Origin: Octopus sinensis
Taxonomy: Eukaryota
DNA: 64,000 bases
Direction of reading: 5' to 3'
Assembly (NCBI RefSeq): GCF_006345805.1
Contig: NC_042997.1
Location: 152,582,001-152,646,000 of the forward strand
Numbering within the stretch: the first letter of the stretch is position 1; every line of letters begins with the position of its first letter. The position numbers and the translations under genes were made by a program. Below the pieces are notes generated by a model, which saw only the letters and a list, made by a program, of their open reading frames with translations, was not told the origin of the DNA and ran no database searches. This document shows, in pieces, positions 25,481 to 37,400 of this stretch.

Positions 25481-25591
<111 letters not shown>

Positions 25592-25729
25592 CGGAGATGT
25601 ACTCGCATAGCAAGTAATTTGATCTGAGATCGTGTGCTGAAACGAAAACAATTGCAGCGTGGAAGGTGTTTATAAGCCATTTAAGAAACACACAAAAGCC
25701 GTTCGATTCACTCCAAGATTTAAGTTTAA

Positions 25730-25779
25730 TTTGTCAAAATATTTTCGTCGCTAAAATCCGCGACCTGTTCACTGACAAA
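25730..25779 (-). ncRNA. Hammerhead-like motif (G3-C8), left arm
   Basis: Mirror image of 25797-25846. Confidence 0.55.
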
Positions 25780-25796
25780 ATCCGTGCAGCACGGAC

Positions 25797-25846
25797 TTTG
25801 TCAGTGAACAGGTCGCGGATTTTAGCGACGAAAATATTTTGACAAA
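25797..25846 (+). ncRNA. Type I hammerhead-like motif, G3-C8 variant
   Basis: 7-bp helix I UUUGUCA/UGACAAA; GUGAACA; one extra G; helix II GUCGC/GCGAC; GAA; palindromic helix III AAUAUU; UUU triplet. Confidence 0.58.
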
Positions 25847-26090
25847 TTAAACTTAAATCTTGGAGTGAATCGAACGGCTTTTGTGTGTTTCTTAAATGGC
25901 TTATAAACACCTTCCACGCTGCAATTGTATATATATATATATATATATATACATCAATAAATGGTGGGGTTGTGTTGACCGCACGTGGAGAAATAATAAG
26001 AGAGGAAAAATTATAAGAAGGCAGAATGCTAAATTGAAAGTAAATTTTAATAAAAATGAGTGTATGGAAAATTAAAAAAGAAAAAATAAT

Positions 26091-26132
26091 AAATCAAACC
26101 GGTTTTCATTGCAAAGCAAATTATCAATATTT
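26091..26132 (-). ncRNA. Hammerhead-like motif (U3-A8), left arm
   Basis: UUGAUAA; UUGC-UUU-GCAA; GAA; palindrome AACCGGUU; UUU; first pair of helix I mismatched. Confidence 0.45.
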
Positions 26133-26363
26133 GGCAGGAGAAATTGCTTAGTTTAAGCACCACTTTTAATCACATGGATCTTAATCCTCCAAAGTAAGTT
26201 TTCCAAGGACTATTATTGAACTCTAAAAGTATAAAGACCCTACAATGTATCGGTATACTTATTTATTAATTTTTGTATATGTTTATTATTATTTTTTTGA
26301 AAAAAACATTGTAAATTTCTTTTTTCCCCTTCCTCAGTTTAAAAAAAAATATTTTCCCCTTCC

Positions 26364-26405
26364 AAATCTTGATAATTTGCTTTGCGATGAAAACCGATTT
26401 GATTT
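26364..26405 (+). ncRNA. Hammerhead-like motif (U3-A8), right arm
   Basis: Helix I AAAUC/GAUUU; UUGAUAA; GAA; helix III AACCGAUU (one change from the palindrome). Confidence 0.45.
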
Positions 26406-26732
26406 ATTATTTTTTTCTTTTTAATTTTCCATACTCCCATTTTTATTAACATTTAATTTCAATTTATATTTCTGCCTTCTTATAATTTTTCCTCTCCTAT
26501 ATATATATATATATATACGACAGTCTTCTTTCAGTTTCCGTCTACCAAATCCACTCACAAGGCTTTGGTCGGCCCGAGGTTATAGTAGAAGACACCTGCT
26601 CAAGGTGCCACGCAGTGGGACTGAACCCGGAACCATGTGTTTGGTAAGCAGGCCACTTACCACACATCCACGCCTGCACCTCTCTCTCTATATATATACA
26701 CATCTTATGTATTACTCATACACACAGTGCGC

Positions 26733-26763
<31 letters not shown>

Positions 26764-27949
26764 TATCCGTTTAGAAAGCTCGAAATAGCCTATTATTCAA
26801 TCAAGCCACAAAATTGATCAGAATAAGAAAATATCTATTAAAGCCTACTTTTGATACGCATTTCGCAGCAGAATCCATATCAAAATCAGAGTACTTATTC
26901 AGCTTCTTCAGAATGAGTGGGATTATTCTAACAATGTCTCTAGTCATTCTTAGATCTGGTATTATATTTGGACAATACATCGCTCATGAGATCTAATAAC
27001 ACCGAACATGTGTAGTTGTCACCGTACGGCCAAATATCAACCTTCCTCTCCTCAGCTTTTCATATTTAATTAAGTTTATTAATTTAACTTGCCTTTCATT
27101 CTGTACTTGATTACAATCAGTCATTAAAGAAATAATTTTCCTTTCTCGTCTCTTACTATGGGTCTAATTTAAATGAATAAACATTTCTTGACTCACTACA
27201 TCAAGAATGTTGGTACCTAATTTTCTATACAATACAGTAGAGTATGTTTCACTCGTTCCAGTCTTTGGACTACGGCTATACTGGGGCATGTTGAGTGGTA
27301 AATATATTTTACGGTCGACAAATCAAGGTGACGATAATAATCTCATTTAAATAGGGAAAATTCGTGATCTTTTCACTTAGACCGGCAGATTTAAAAAATT
27401 ATTTTTGTAACTAAACACTTTTAAACTTCGTATACTAGTAGAATGTGTCACATAAATCATTTTTTCTCTTGGCCTTCTTGAGAAAATTCTGTAGTTTGTA
27501 AGCTATTTGTTGTTAAATTTCTCGTATTTCGGCAATTTCAACCAATCAATGACGTCTATTGAGGTGAGTACAATTACTGCTGTTGTTTGTCAACAACAAC
27601 TTCCGGCGGTGTATATTTCGGTTGTCACTCTTATTTATAAGCCAGATATTCTTATTCTGGGCGCATCCACGTAGTCGTTTGACCGGCTAGACATAATAGC
27701 TACATTTCCCTAAATTGCAAGCTACTCTCTTAGTAAAGGAAGCGTATATTGAAAAATATAATTTCTCGTATACCAAACGATAAGTTTGTTACGGCTGAAA
27801 GATTTTTAAACCAAAGGTCTGTATGTTGGAAACTGATCAGGAGTTAAACAATAACAACAAAAACGACGGCGAAGATGACGATAATGACATTAATTGTAGT
27901 AGCAGTAACAACAGAACAGACCTCATGTAGATGTCAGTATTAACATATT

Positions 27950-28130
27950 GGTTTTAGATTTTGCGCAAGGACAACAATTTTTGGGGAGTGGATAAGTCGA
28001 TTACATCGACCTCAGTACTCAACTGGTACTTATTTTGTCGAAATAAAAAGAATGAAAGGCAAAGTTGACCTCGGCGGAATTTGAACTCAGAACGTAGTAA
28101 ACACGGATGAAATACTGCTAAGTTGTCCGA
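27950..28130 (-). mobile_element. SINE family B, partial
   Basis: aaggcaaagttgacctcggcggaatttgaactcagaacgta is the reverse complement of the family B core. Confidence 0.65.
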
Positions 28131-28279
28131 CTAAACGATTCTGCAAGTAACGATTCTATAAGTTCGTCGCCTTAGTTAGTATTATTAACACATTAAAAAA
28201 TAAACAACAAAAAACAAGGAAAATGAAGCAGCTAAGTTGAAAAACTTTGTAGTGAAGAAAAACAATATTACTAAATATA

Positions 28280-28650
28280 GGCGCAGGAGTGTTGGTGTGG
28301 TAAGTAGCTTGCTTAAGAACCACATGGTTCCGAGTTCACTCCCACTGCGTGGCACCTTGGGTAAGTGTCATCTACTATAGCCTCGAGTCGACCAAAGCCT
28401 TGTGAGTGGATTTGGTAGACGGAAACTGAAAGAAGCCCGTCGTATGTGTGTCTGTGTTTGTCATCGCTTGACAACTGACGCTGGTGTGTTTACGTATCCG
28501 TAACACTAGCGCTTCGGCAAAAGAGACCGATAGAATAAGTAGTAGGCTTCCAAAGAATAAGTCCTGGGAGCGATTTGCTCGACTAAAGGCGGTGCTCCAG
28601 CATGGCCACAGTCAAATTACTGAAACAAGTAAAAGAGTAAAAGAGTAAAT
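28280..28650 (+). mobile_element. SINE family A, near full length, minimal internal microsatellite
   Basis: Colinear with 17516-17952. Confidence 0.85.
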
Positions 28651-28744
28651 GACTGATATAATTTCAATTAACGCTAGGCAATTTCGGAGATGTTTCGTTA
28701 GTATTACAACCCCATTAGTTGAAGATAGACAGAAACGTACAATT

Positions 28745-29089
28745 GTTTGGAAATATTCATAAAAATAATCATATTTTACCTGAATAGGCATTTCTTCGTC
28801 GTTATTGTAGTAAACGTCGTCGCTCTCACCATCAGCACAATCTTTCGTCATTTGGAAGGCTGTTTGATATAGACTCAAGGAAACAAAAGACGTCATTACA
28901 CTTTGAGCATATTTATGACTTTCAGACCAGGTGTTTTTCTATAGAATTTAATTACGTTTCTTCCAGCATATTTATATATACAGCAATATAAATGTAGTAT
29001 GGCAAAAAGGTTTTTAAAATTAATAGTAATCTCATTATATTTTATACATTTCTTGCTAGCTAATTTTTAAACTTGTTCTCAATTTCCTG
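28745..29089. repeat. About 340-bp local duplication, copy 2
   Basis: Direct repeat of 22855-23192. Confidence 0.85.
28780..28938 (-). CDS. Candidate internal coding exon (159 nt, phase 0-0), product unknown
   Basis: taattaaattctatAG | 53 open codons KNTWSESHKYAQSVMTSFVSLSLYQTAFQMTKDCADGESDDVYYNNDEEMPIQ | GTaaaa; the paralogous copy has stops and a lost donor. No homology recognised. Confidence 0.3.
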
Positions 29090-29187
29090 CAAAAGCCATT
29101 TTGCTTAACTTGTATCCTTCATTATTTTGGAAAATCTTTGAACGGTACAGTTTATCACCAGGAAATGTGTTGAACTGCATAACTTAC

Positions 29188-29192
29188 CCCTC
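29188..29192 (-). other. Candidate 5-nt micro-exon GAGGG
   Basis: ttaac (branch-like)...ctgttttccAG | GAGGG | GTAAGT; 249 nt upstream of the candidate exon acceptor. Confidence 0.2.
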
Positions 29193-29232
29193 CTGGAAAA
29201 CAGTATTTTGCTCCGTTAAAGCAAACACACAC

Positions 29233-29310
<78 letters not shown>

Positions 29311-30045
29311 ACTCATACACACACGCATTCACAAATACACACATAACAAAGAATCCTTACATGTCTAATGAACCAATTTATTTTTATACAATTGACGGTA
29401 CCGTACTCGTTTGTTCTATATTTAAAGTTCTATACATTCTTAAACTTTAAAAAATAATCCTTAAGGTTCCTTACAACAATTTTTCCATTATTTTTTCCAC
29501 TACATAGACTATAAATTTTTGTTGTAATTACTGTTGTTGTTGTTGTTGGCGTTAGTGGTGCTGTTGCAGTTTTTCCAGTGATGCTTTCATATAAGTTGGA
29601 CAAACCTACAACATAAAAGTAGTTTTTTGGCGGTCCGTTTCCAGATTTCATCTTCTCTTTGGCGGCGCGCTGACAGAGTTGTTAGATCGTCGAAGAAAAT
29701 GCCAAACCGTATTTTTTACCTTCTGATGCCAAATTCTGCCGCGGTCAACGTTGCCTTTCATTCTGTAGAGATCGATAAAATGAAACACAAATTAAATACC
29801 GCAGTCTACAGTACTCCCGCCCTTGTGCCTCAATAAGAAACCATCATCAAATGGCACACAAGACCGACAGCAACAACATAAACAGCTGCAACAATAAAAC
29901 AAGATCCACTATAACAACAACAACAACAACAATAACCACTGATCTTGAATTGCATAAACGAATATATTGAGTTCATTCAGGATGTATTCGAATTAACCCC
30001 TCTCCCGAAATTGCTGACCTTGTGTCAAAATTTTTTTCTCGTTTA

Positions 30046-30650
30046 GGCGGCGAGCTGGCAAAATCGTTAGCACGCCGAGCGAAATGCTTAGCGGTATTTC
30101 GTCTGCCGTTACGTTGTGAGTTCAAATTCCGCCGAGGTCGACTTTGCCTTTCATCCTTTCGGGGTCGATAAATTAAGTACCAGTTATGCACTGGGGTCGA
30201 TGTTATCGACTTAATACCTGTGTCTGTCCATGTTTTTCCCCTTTACGTTTAGCCCCTCGTGGGTAGTAAAGAAATAGGTATTTCGCCTGCCGCCACGTTC
30301 TGAGTTCAAATTCCGCCGAGGTCGACTTTGTCTTTCATCCTTTCGGGGTCGATAAATGAAGTACCAGTTATGCACTGGGGTCGATTTAATCGACTTAATA
30401 ACTTTTTCTGTCCTTGTTTGTCCCCTCTATGTTTATCCCCCTGTGGGTAATAAAGAAATAAGAAACGTTAGCACGTCGAGCAAGATTATTATCGGTATTT
30501 CGGCTGCTTTTACGTTTTGAGTTCAAATTGCATTGAGTTTGCATTGCTTTGCATCATTTCAGAGTGGATAAAATAAGTACCAGTTGAGTACTGACGTCGG
30601 TTTAATCGACTTGGCCCGTCCCCTTGTCTCATGTGCCAAAAATTGAAAGC
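30046..30650 (+). mobile_element. Head-to-tail array of three SINE family B units
   Basis: Full unit 30046-30278, then headless units restarting near 30279 and 30461, directly after the aagaaa tail. Confidence 0.8.
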
Positions 30651-30849
30651 TTTTTTTATTATTATTGTTGTTGTTGCTTCTATTGATAAAGCGATGATAG
30701 AACCGTTACTACGCTGGACAAAATAAGCTGCATTTATTCTGACTTTAAATTCTGCATTCAATCTCACTCGATGTCGACTCTGCTTTTGATCCTTTCGAGG
30801 TCGATGAAATAAGTACTATTTGAGTACCGAGGTAATACCTATAGTAGAA

Positions 30850-31400
30850 ATGATTGGGAAGTGGATGCTGCCAGTACGAGATAAACTGTATAGGCACGGA
30901 TGTGTTGCCAGATGGTCTTGTCCGAGGTGTCTGTTTTGCACGGACTCGTTCAGTGTCCGGGCTTTATTGACTTGTGGGATTATGTCGAACTGCTACTGTC
31001 GCGTGTAAGTAGGATCTATCTATCGGCCGAGTCCATAGTGATGAACGCCCCACTGATTTTTTTTTAATCAGGTCGATAAAGCAGTTTTCCTTTGCCTGGT
31101 GGATGTGGCAAAAGAGGTTGAAAAATTGAAAGGACAAATACATTTTTCTTTGGTAGAGCCCTCATCAACTTTTTCAAGTTTCATTTGAAAAGGAAAGTGA
31201 GGGTGGAAAGGGAGGTGCTGCCCGCGATAGATTTTTTGAAAGATGGGTGAAAGTAGCGAAAAAGACAAGAGTGGATGGTACCACTCTATGTGTAGAACTG
31301 TGAGTCGAAGAAAAGGGAGATCTTGGATGGTGGGATTCCTCGATTACCCCTAGACGTTCTCCTGTAACAGGGGACCACATCACTAACATCCTATTTTTTA
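30850..31400 (+). pseudogene. Tx1/L1-like LINE ORF2 C-terminal remnant
   Basis: LPVRDKLYRHG...CPRC...VQCP (zf-RVT/zinc-knuckle-like), LWDYVELLLSR...LSAESI, FFKFHLKRKVRVERE; frameshifts and stops. Confidence 0.65.
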
Positions 31401-31568
31401 CTGTTCTAAAGTATGCATGCTTCCCTTCTTTGTTTCATTGTATACCATGTATACTTTTCAATTTCTTGCTTTATTTCTTTTTATAATTTCATTCTATATA
31501 AACTCCAACATATTATGTCTATCTTTGAATTGCCTCCTTATCCTTCGCCCAGGTAGAAAATATAAGAA

Positions 31569-31570
<2 letters not shown>

Positions 31571-31615
<45 letters not shown>

Positions 31616-31630
31616 CATCATCATCATTAT
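31571..31630. repeat. (ATT)n/(ATC)n trinucleotide repeat
   Basis: Read directly. Confidence 0.92.
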
Positions 31631-31633
31631 TAA

Positions 31634-31945
31634 GGCGGCAAGCTGACAAGATCGTTAGCACACCGGTCAAATGCTTAGCGGCATTTCGTTCGTCCTTACG
31701 TTCTGAGTTCAAATTCCACCGAGGTTGATATTGCCGTTCATCCTTTTGGGGGTCGATAAATTAAGTACCAGTGAAACCCTAGGGTTATGTAATTGACTTA
31801 TCCTTTCCCCACTTCAAATTTCAAGCCATGTGCCATTTAATAGAAAGGATTATTATTTTTATCATTAAGGTGATGAGCTGATAGAACCGTTAGCACGCCG
31901 GACAAAATGGTTAGCGGCATTTTGTCTGATCGTACGTTCTGAATT
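31634..31945 (+). mobile_element. SINE family B copy plus a second head fragment
   Basis: ggcggcaagctgacaagatcgttagc...; second head near 31867. Confidence 0.7.
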
Positions 31946-32532
31946 TATCACTGTTGTTGTTGCTTTGCTAAGACGAATAGTGGAGTATCATCCCTGCCTA
32001 AACAATAATGATTAGAACTCAAAACTATAAGTGAATAAAATATTTGTTAGTTATAGATTGCGACTACAAGTTATGGTCGCGTATAGTTCCACTCATTAGC
32101 ACGTATTTGCAGTTTCTCGTATTGGACTATACAGATATTGTTTTCAGAAATCAGCATATGAAATCATATGGATTTTTTTCCACATCAACCTTTGTGTTTT
32201 AACAATATAAATTGCATGAAAAAATTGGATTTTGCGATCGATAATGTTTAACGTTCGTTCATTATCCTCACATGACGACAAGAAACCAAATTTGTTTTAC
32301 TGGCCGGTGTTTTAAGTATTTTATTTTGTTTTTCATTTTTGTAACCATGATTTTGGAAAGAATGGAAGAGAATGGTTGCAGCAATAAAACTAAAGAATTT
32401 TGGAAATAATAATAAAAAAAAAACCCTGCTATTTTACGGTAAGATTCTGTATTGCAGAGAATAATACAATTACCGTGAGAAATTTTTACTTCGTAAAACG
32501 TATTTTTCAGTCAACATACTCATGCATATGGA

Positions 32533-32915
32533 TGGAAGCACTCCGTCGGCTACGACGACGAGGGTCCCGGTTGATCCGAACAACGGAACAGCCTGCTCGT
32601 GAAGTTAATGTGTAAGTGGCTGAGCACTCCACAGACACGTGTACCCTTAACGTAGTTCTCGGGGATATTCAGCGTGACACAGAGAATGACAAGGCCGGCC
32701 CTTTGAAATACAGGTACAACAGAAACAGGAAGTAAGAGTGAGAGAAAGTTGTGGTGAAAGAGTACAGCAGGGATCACCACCATCCCTGCCGGAGCCTCGT
32801 GGAGCTTTAGGTGTTTTCGCTCAATAAACACTCACAACGCCCGGTCTGGGAATCGAAACCGTGATCCTACGACCGCGAGTCTGCTGCCCTAACCACTGGG
32901 CCATTGCGCCTCCAC
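32533..32915 (-). mobile_element. tRNA-derived SINE family C, full length
   Basis: Head gtggaggcgcaaTGGCCCAGTGGttag (A box) and GGTTTCGATTCC (B box); tail ggagtgcttcca. Confidence 0.85.
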
Positions 32916-33279
32916 AACATATACACAACATATAACACACACCGAATATATATAGGGATGTGCGTGTGTGTGTATGTATGTATGTATGTATGTATGTATG
33001 TATGTATGTATGTATGTATGTATGTATGTATGTATTATGTATGTATGTATGCATGTATGTAAGCATGTAAGTATGTATAGATTAGTTACATGATTCATTA
33101 GAATCTAGGGTCATCAACATATAGGGCGCCAGAAATGGCTAGGGCGAATAACAGAGTTCGCAGTCAGGTAAAACAGCCATGAAAGTATCATATGTTGGCA
33201 GGATACTGTAGATATGTAAGTACCAAATCCAATTTAAACCGTTGGCCCGACTCAGGGCTGGTTATATGTATGTATATAT

Positions 33280-33365
<86 letters not shown>

Positions 33366-33403
33366 TGTATGTATGTATGTGTGTATGTATATATATTATA
33401 ATA

Positions 33404-33441
<38 letters not shown>

Positions 33442-33648
33442 AGAAACGTGGGTTAGGGTTATGGTGTCAGCATCATGATCGTAAGATTGTGGTTTCGATT
33501 CCTAGATCGGGCGATGCGTTGTGTTCTTGAGCAAAACACTTCATTTCACGCTGCTCCAGTCCACTCAGCTGGGGAACACATACGCCATTGAAACCGGGAA
33601 ACGGGGCCTATGAGCCTGGCTAGGCTTTAAAAGGGCGCATTTATTTAT
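33442..33648 (+). mobile_element. SINE family D fragment
   Basis: B-box ggtttcgattcc, followed by gttcttgagcaaaacactt...gctccagtccactcagctg. Confidence 0.55.
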
Positions 33649-33653
33649 TTTAT

Positions 33654-33696
<43 letters not shown>

Positions 33697-33699
<3 letters not shown>

Positions 33700-34037
33700 A
33701 AGCACTCCGTCGGTTACGACGATGAGGGTTCCGGTTGATCCGACCAACGGAACAGCCTGCTCGTGAAATTAACGTGTAAGTGGCTGAGCACTCCACAGAC
33801 ACGTGTACCCTTAACGTAGTTCTCGGGGATATTCAGCATGACACAGAGAGTGACAAGGCCGGCCTTTTGAAATACAGCTACAACAGAAACAGGAAGAAAG
33901 AGTGAGAGAAACTTGTGGTGAAAGAGTACAGCAGGGATCACCACCATCCCCTGTCGGGGCCTCGTGGAGCTTTAGGTGTTTTCGCTCAATAAACACTCAC
34001 AACGCCCGGTCTAACCACTGGGCCATTGCGCCTCCAC
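33697..34037 (-). mobile_element. SINE family C with a 43-nt deletion removing the B box
   Basis: Colinear with 32533-32915 except the missing gggaatcgaaacc...ctgctgccct. Confidence 0.8.
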
Positions 34038-34104
34038 TACATATATATATATATATATGTATCAAATGAAATAAATGAAAAACAGGACGCAAAGGATTTT
34101 GCGG

Positions 34105-34155
34105 TACATATGTTTCGGGTAATCCTTTGCATATACAGGTGCTTACAGTTATCAA
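34105..34155 (-). ncRNA. Degenerate hammerhead-like motif (U3-A8)
   Basis: UUGAUAA...GAA-ACAUAUGU-A (palindromic helix III, GUA); helices I and II poor; in a short (TA)n-flanked insert. Confidence 0.3.
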
Positions 34156-34171
34156 GTATTCACCCTGAATC

Positions 34172-34214
<43 letters not shown>

Positions 34215-34307
34215 CGAGTATTGGTTATGTACGCCAGAAGTTTACAACGAAGGAACATAAACTTAGGCTAAGTTCGAATGCACAACTTTGGCACATATAT
34301 TTTGTTA

Positions 34308-34335
34308 CTAGCAGCATAGCCCGCCGTTGCCCGGG
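34308..34335 (-). terminator. Helitron 3' terminal hairpin + CTAG (transposition termination signal)
   Basis: CCCG-GGCAACGG-CGGG at 34335-34320, then 8 nt, then CTAG. Confidence 0.85.
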
Positions 34336-34429
34336 TATGTAAGAGCCCCTAGTAGGCAACGGCTAATCCTAATCTAGTCCTTTCCTTCTAGGGAACGAAG
34401 GCGCATGTGTAGGTTCCGATGTCTTCTCT

Positions 34430-37400
34430 TCACTCGAATACTTCTGTGTATACGATGTTCCTAGCCGTCCCTTTGGGCGAAAACATGAAAACATCATTGC
34501 GCCTCCCAACGCGTGAACAGCCCACGTAGAGTTGACCGTGGGCGAAGCACTGTTCGCCCAAATGTAACCCAGCGACTTGTAGCGTTTGGCCTTGGGATTT
34601 ATTGATGGACATTGCGAAGCAGAGTTTAACAGGAAACTGAGAACGCCTGAAGTCGATTGGTAGGTCAGCGCCCGACGGTTGAAGGTGCATGCGTGGAATG
34701 AAGACGTCCTCTCCCTTCCCACAAACGGTAAGTATTGTGGCCGTTATTAAATGTGGTGCCAAATGTTTCACAACCAGACGTGTGCCGTTGCACTGTTTAG
34801 GTGGAACCGAATTCCTGATGAGCATAATGGGCGCACCGACTTTTAGCTTCAGGATGTGTAGCGGCAGGCCTGGCGGTTCAAGTGAATAAAGGAATTCAAC
34901 AGGATAATCGGCAAGCTCGGCGAGGTCTGCTGTCCTATCTATAGATTTGTAGACGTGGACATCACTAGGAATAGCTTCAAGTAGCTGGATATTGATGGAG
35001 TTGACGGTTGTATTTTTGGGTGCGAGAATTGTTTTGTAGGTCGTGGAAGACAGCGTCCCGGAGTCTAGCAGGGGTGTCAACAGTGGTGCAAAGTGAGTCC
35101 AATTGAACGCAGCCATCCGCATCAGCTAGCATCCTATTTTCACCGAGCGATAAAATGCAGCGGATCCGCTGTCACCAATCAACTGCGCGCGCATGTTAGT
35201 TTGGAGGTGCAAGGGCCGCACATGTGCCCAAAGAGCTGACGACTTAAGGCACGCGCGCACGGCATCGGCACAGGTTCCTTTTGGAATAACAGGTAGAGTC
35301 TGCCTGAAGTCTCCTGAAAGAAGTAAAGTCAATCCTCCCATGGGGGCCGTAGAGTCTCTGATGTCTTGCAGGGACCTGTCCAGTGCCTCAAGGGCGCCTT
35401 TGTGTGCCATAGTGCACTCGTCCCATATGATGAGTTTGCATCTGCCTGTTCTGAGTTCTTGGCGACGCTGCAGATAGGTGACTCGGACTTTGCCAGATCG
35501 AGCGGGAGTCTGAAGGCAGAGTGGGCCGTTCTGCCACGCGGAAGCAACATGGCCGCGATAGCAGAGGAAGCTACAGCCAGGGCAATGTCCGTGTTGCGTC
35601 TGACCTCTGCCAGAATTAGTTTCGTGACGATGGTTTTGCCAGTGCCGCCAGGTGCGTCAAGGAAGTAAATCCCCCCACGTTGCTGTCTGACAGAGTCTAC
35701 GATGGTGTTGTAGGCTATGCGCTGGTCTGGAAGCAGTCATGGTTCATTATCTTGGACGTACTGGTGCAGTTCCTCAATGCCGTAGGAAGTTTCGCGTAAC
35801 AATTCAGCAGACATAACATTGGCGTGTTCACGTGTGGGTGGTGGAAGGCCGTACTCCGTTAAAGCAGAGCCACCCATATCGATGACAGCGTCTTCGAGTT
35901 GAATAAGCGCAAAATTGTAAATGAAGTTGGTGAACGTGATCTCGGCGGAAGAGCAGTGTTACTGAGCCGTACGTAAGAAGTCCTGCGACATGTCATCTCT
36001 GTATTTCATCCAGAGACTTAGTGGGTCACTAAGCTGATATTTTTGAAGAAGGATTGCAAAAAGATGTCGTAGGGCCGAAGGCGTTTGCAGTAAAGCGCCC
36101 TCTGCCATAGTGGCGTCCCACTGGGAGTCATCCTCTAGAAGGCCAAGTCTCATACATGCTTCCCTGAAGGTGTCGCACAGAACACCATTGACGGTACGTA
36201 TATTGCCGAAACCTGTTGGACCAGTGACCTCATGTCGAAGGAGACGGAGGTAGAAGCATCCTTGCTGGTTTGGCGGGATGTTGTAAACTCGACCCAGGCA
36301 TGAATATCTTCGACAGGAGAGGAAAGTAGGGGACAATGTAGCTGTTGTCCACTTGATGTCGCCCAACCGTAATCGTGTACAGCGGATACTCATCGCCGCC
36401 TGTTTGAGTCTCCAAAGTGAACCGTTTAGGGAATCCCTTTGAGCAGGCTAATCCGTTTTTGCAGCATGGTGTGTTGGCGTAATTTGGTCGAAAGGGCCCG
36501 TGTACCATGGTAGTGCGGACAATTTCGTACAGTTCGGGGTCCTCATCGGGGTCAGGAATCTCGGCGGAAATGAATTTGTCAATGTCATTAGTCTCGATTT
36601 TATTAGTTAGCCAAATTAAGATGTGAACATGTGGCAAGCCCTTCTTTTGCCACTCGACCGAAAGCATGTGGCACCTGATATGCCCGAAAATCTGACCCTT
36701 AACTATCAAATCCATCATTTTGCCCAAATTCAAACGGAAAACCCTAGCAACGATGTCGTGTCGATGGGTGTGAGACTGACCCGGGATGAGTTCGCGAGTG
36801 ATTTCGTCGCAGTTGGGATTGCACGTGTAGGTGATAAAGAGGTCCGGCCGGCCGTAAATGCGCACGTAGGTCAAGGCGTCTTGGGTCCTTTCACGCATAT
36901 ATCGCGGTCCTCCCGTGAAGGTGGAGGGTAGAATGCATGGCTTGCCGATGTTGCGAGGGTTATTTTCTTATTGCAAGCCGTCACGGAGATGAATGTAGGA
37001 GTCGGAGCGAAGTTTGGTCTGATTAAGTTTAATGTATAGCAGCCTTTCCGATTCCATTTTGGCGGCCATGTCGACGGCGAACTGGTTGAATAGCTGACGA
37101 CGACGGGGCAATAAGTTGAACTCACCCTCCCTGATCATGAACCGGTATGAGTAGAACGCCTTACAGGAAACCGTCTTTGATGCCGCAGTAGTTTGATTGG
37201 AGGGCTGCCGTAAAGGAATTCCGAAGTGGTAGCCGTCTTCCCCATAAGGGAAAAGCAATGGATACTGAAGCGCGTCATAAGATCTGTGAGTCTCGCTGAT
37301 CCTGAGTAGGGTGTTACCACGGGAGGAGATGATTATGTCACGGCTGTTATGTTGCTCTCTGTGTATGACTGCGGCAATTTCGTTGCACGCATGTGCGTTG

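Larger units (their letters stand above)
25648..25928. repeat. 281-bp near-perfect palindrome (140-bp arms) of a fold-back element starting near 25589
   Basis: Centre at 25788; one mismatch seen (25780/25796); (TA)n on both sides. Confidence 0.95.
25951..26497. mobile_element. Fold-back element with about 135-bp inverted arms
   Basis: 26000-26134 / 26362-26496, diverged but clearly colinear; 227-bp spacer; (TA)n on both flanks. Confidence 0.85.

Noticed and set aside
32840-32915. tRNA-like sequences with A and B boxes
   Set aside because: They are SINE heads followed by family-specific bodies; no complete cloverleaf or acceptor stem, so not called as tRNA genes.
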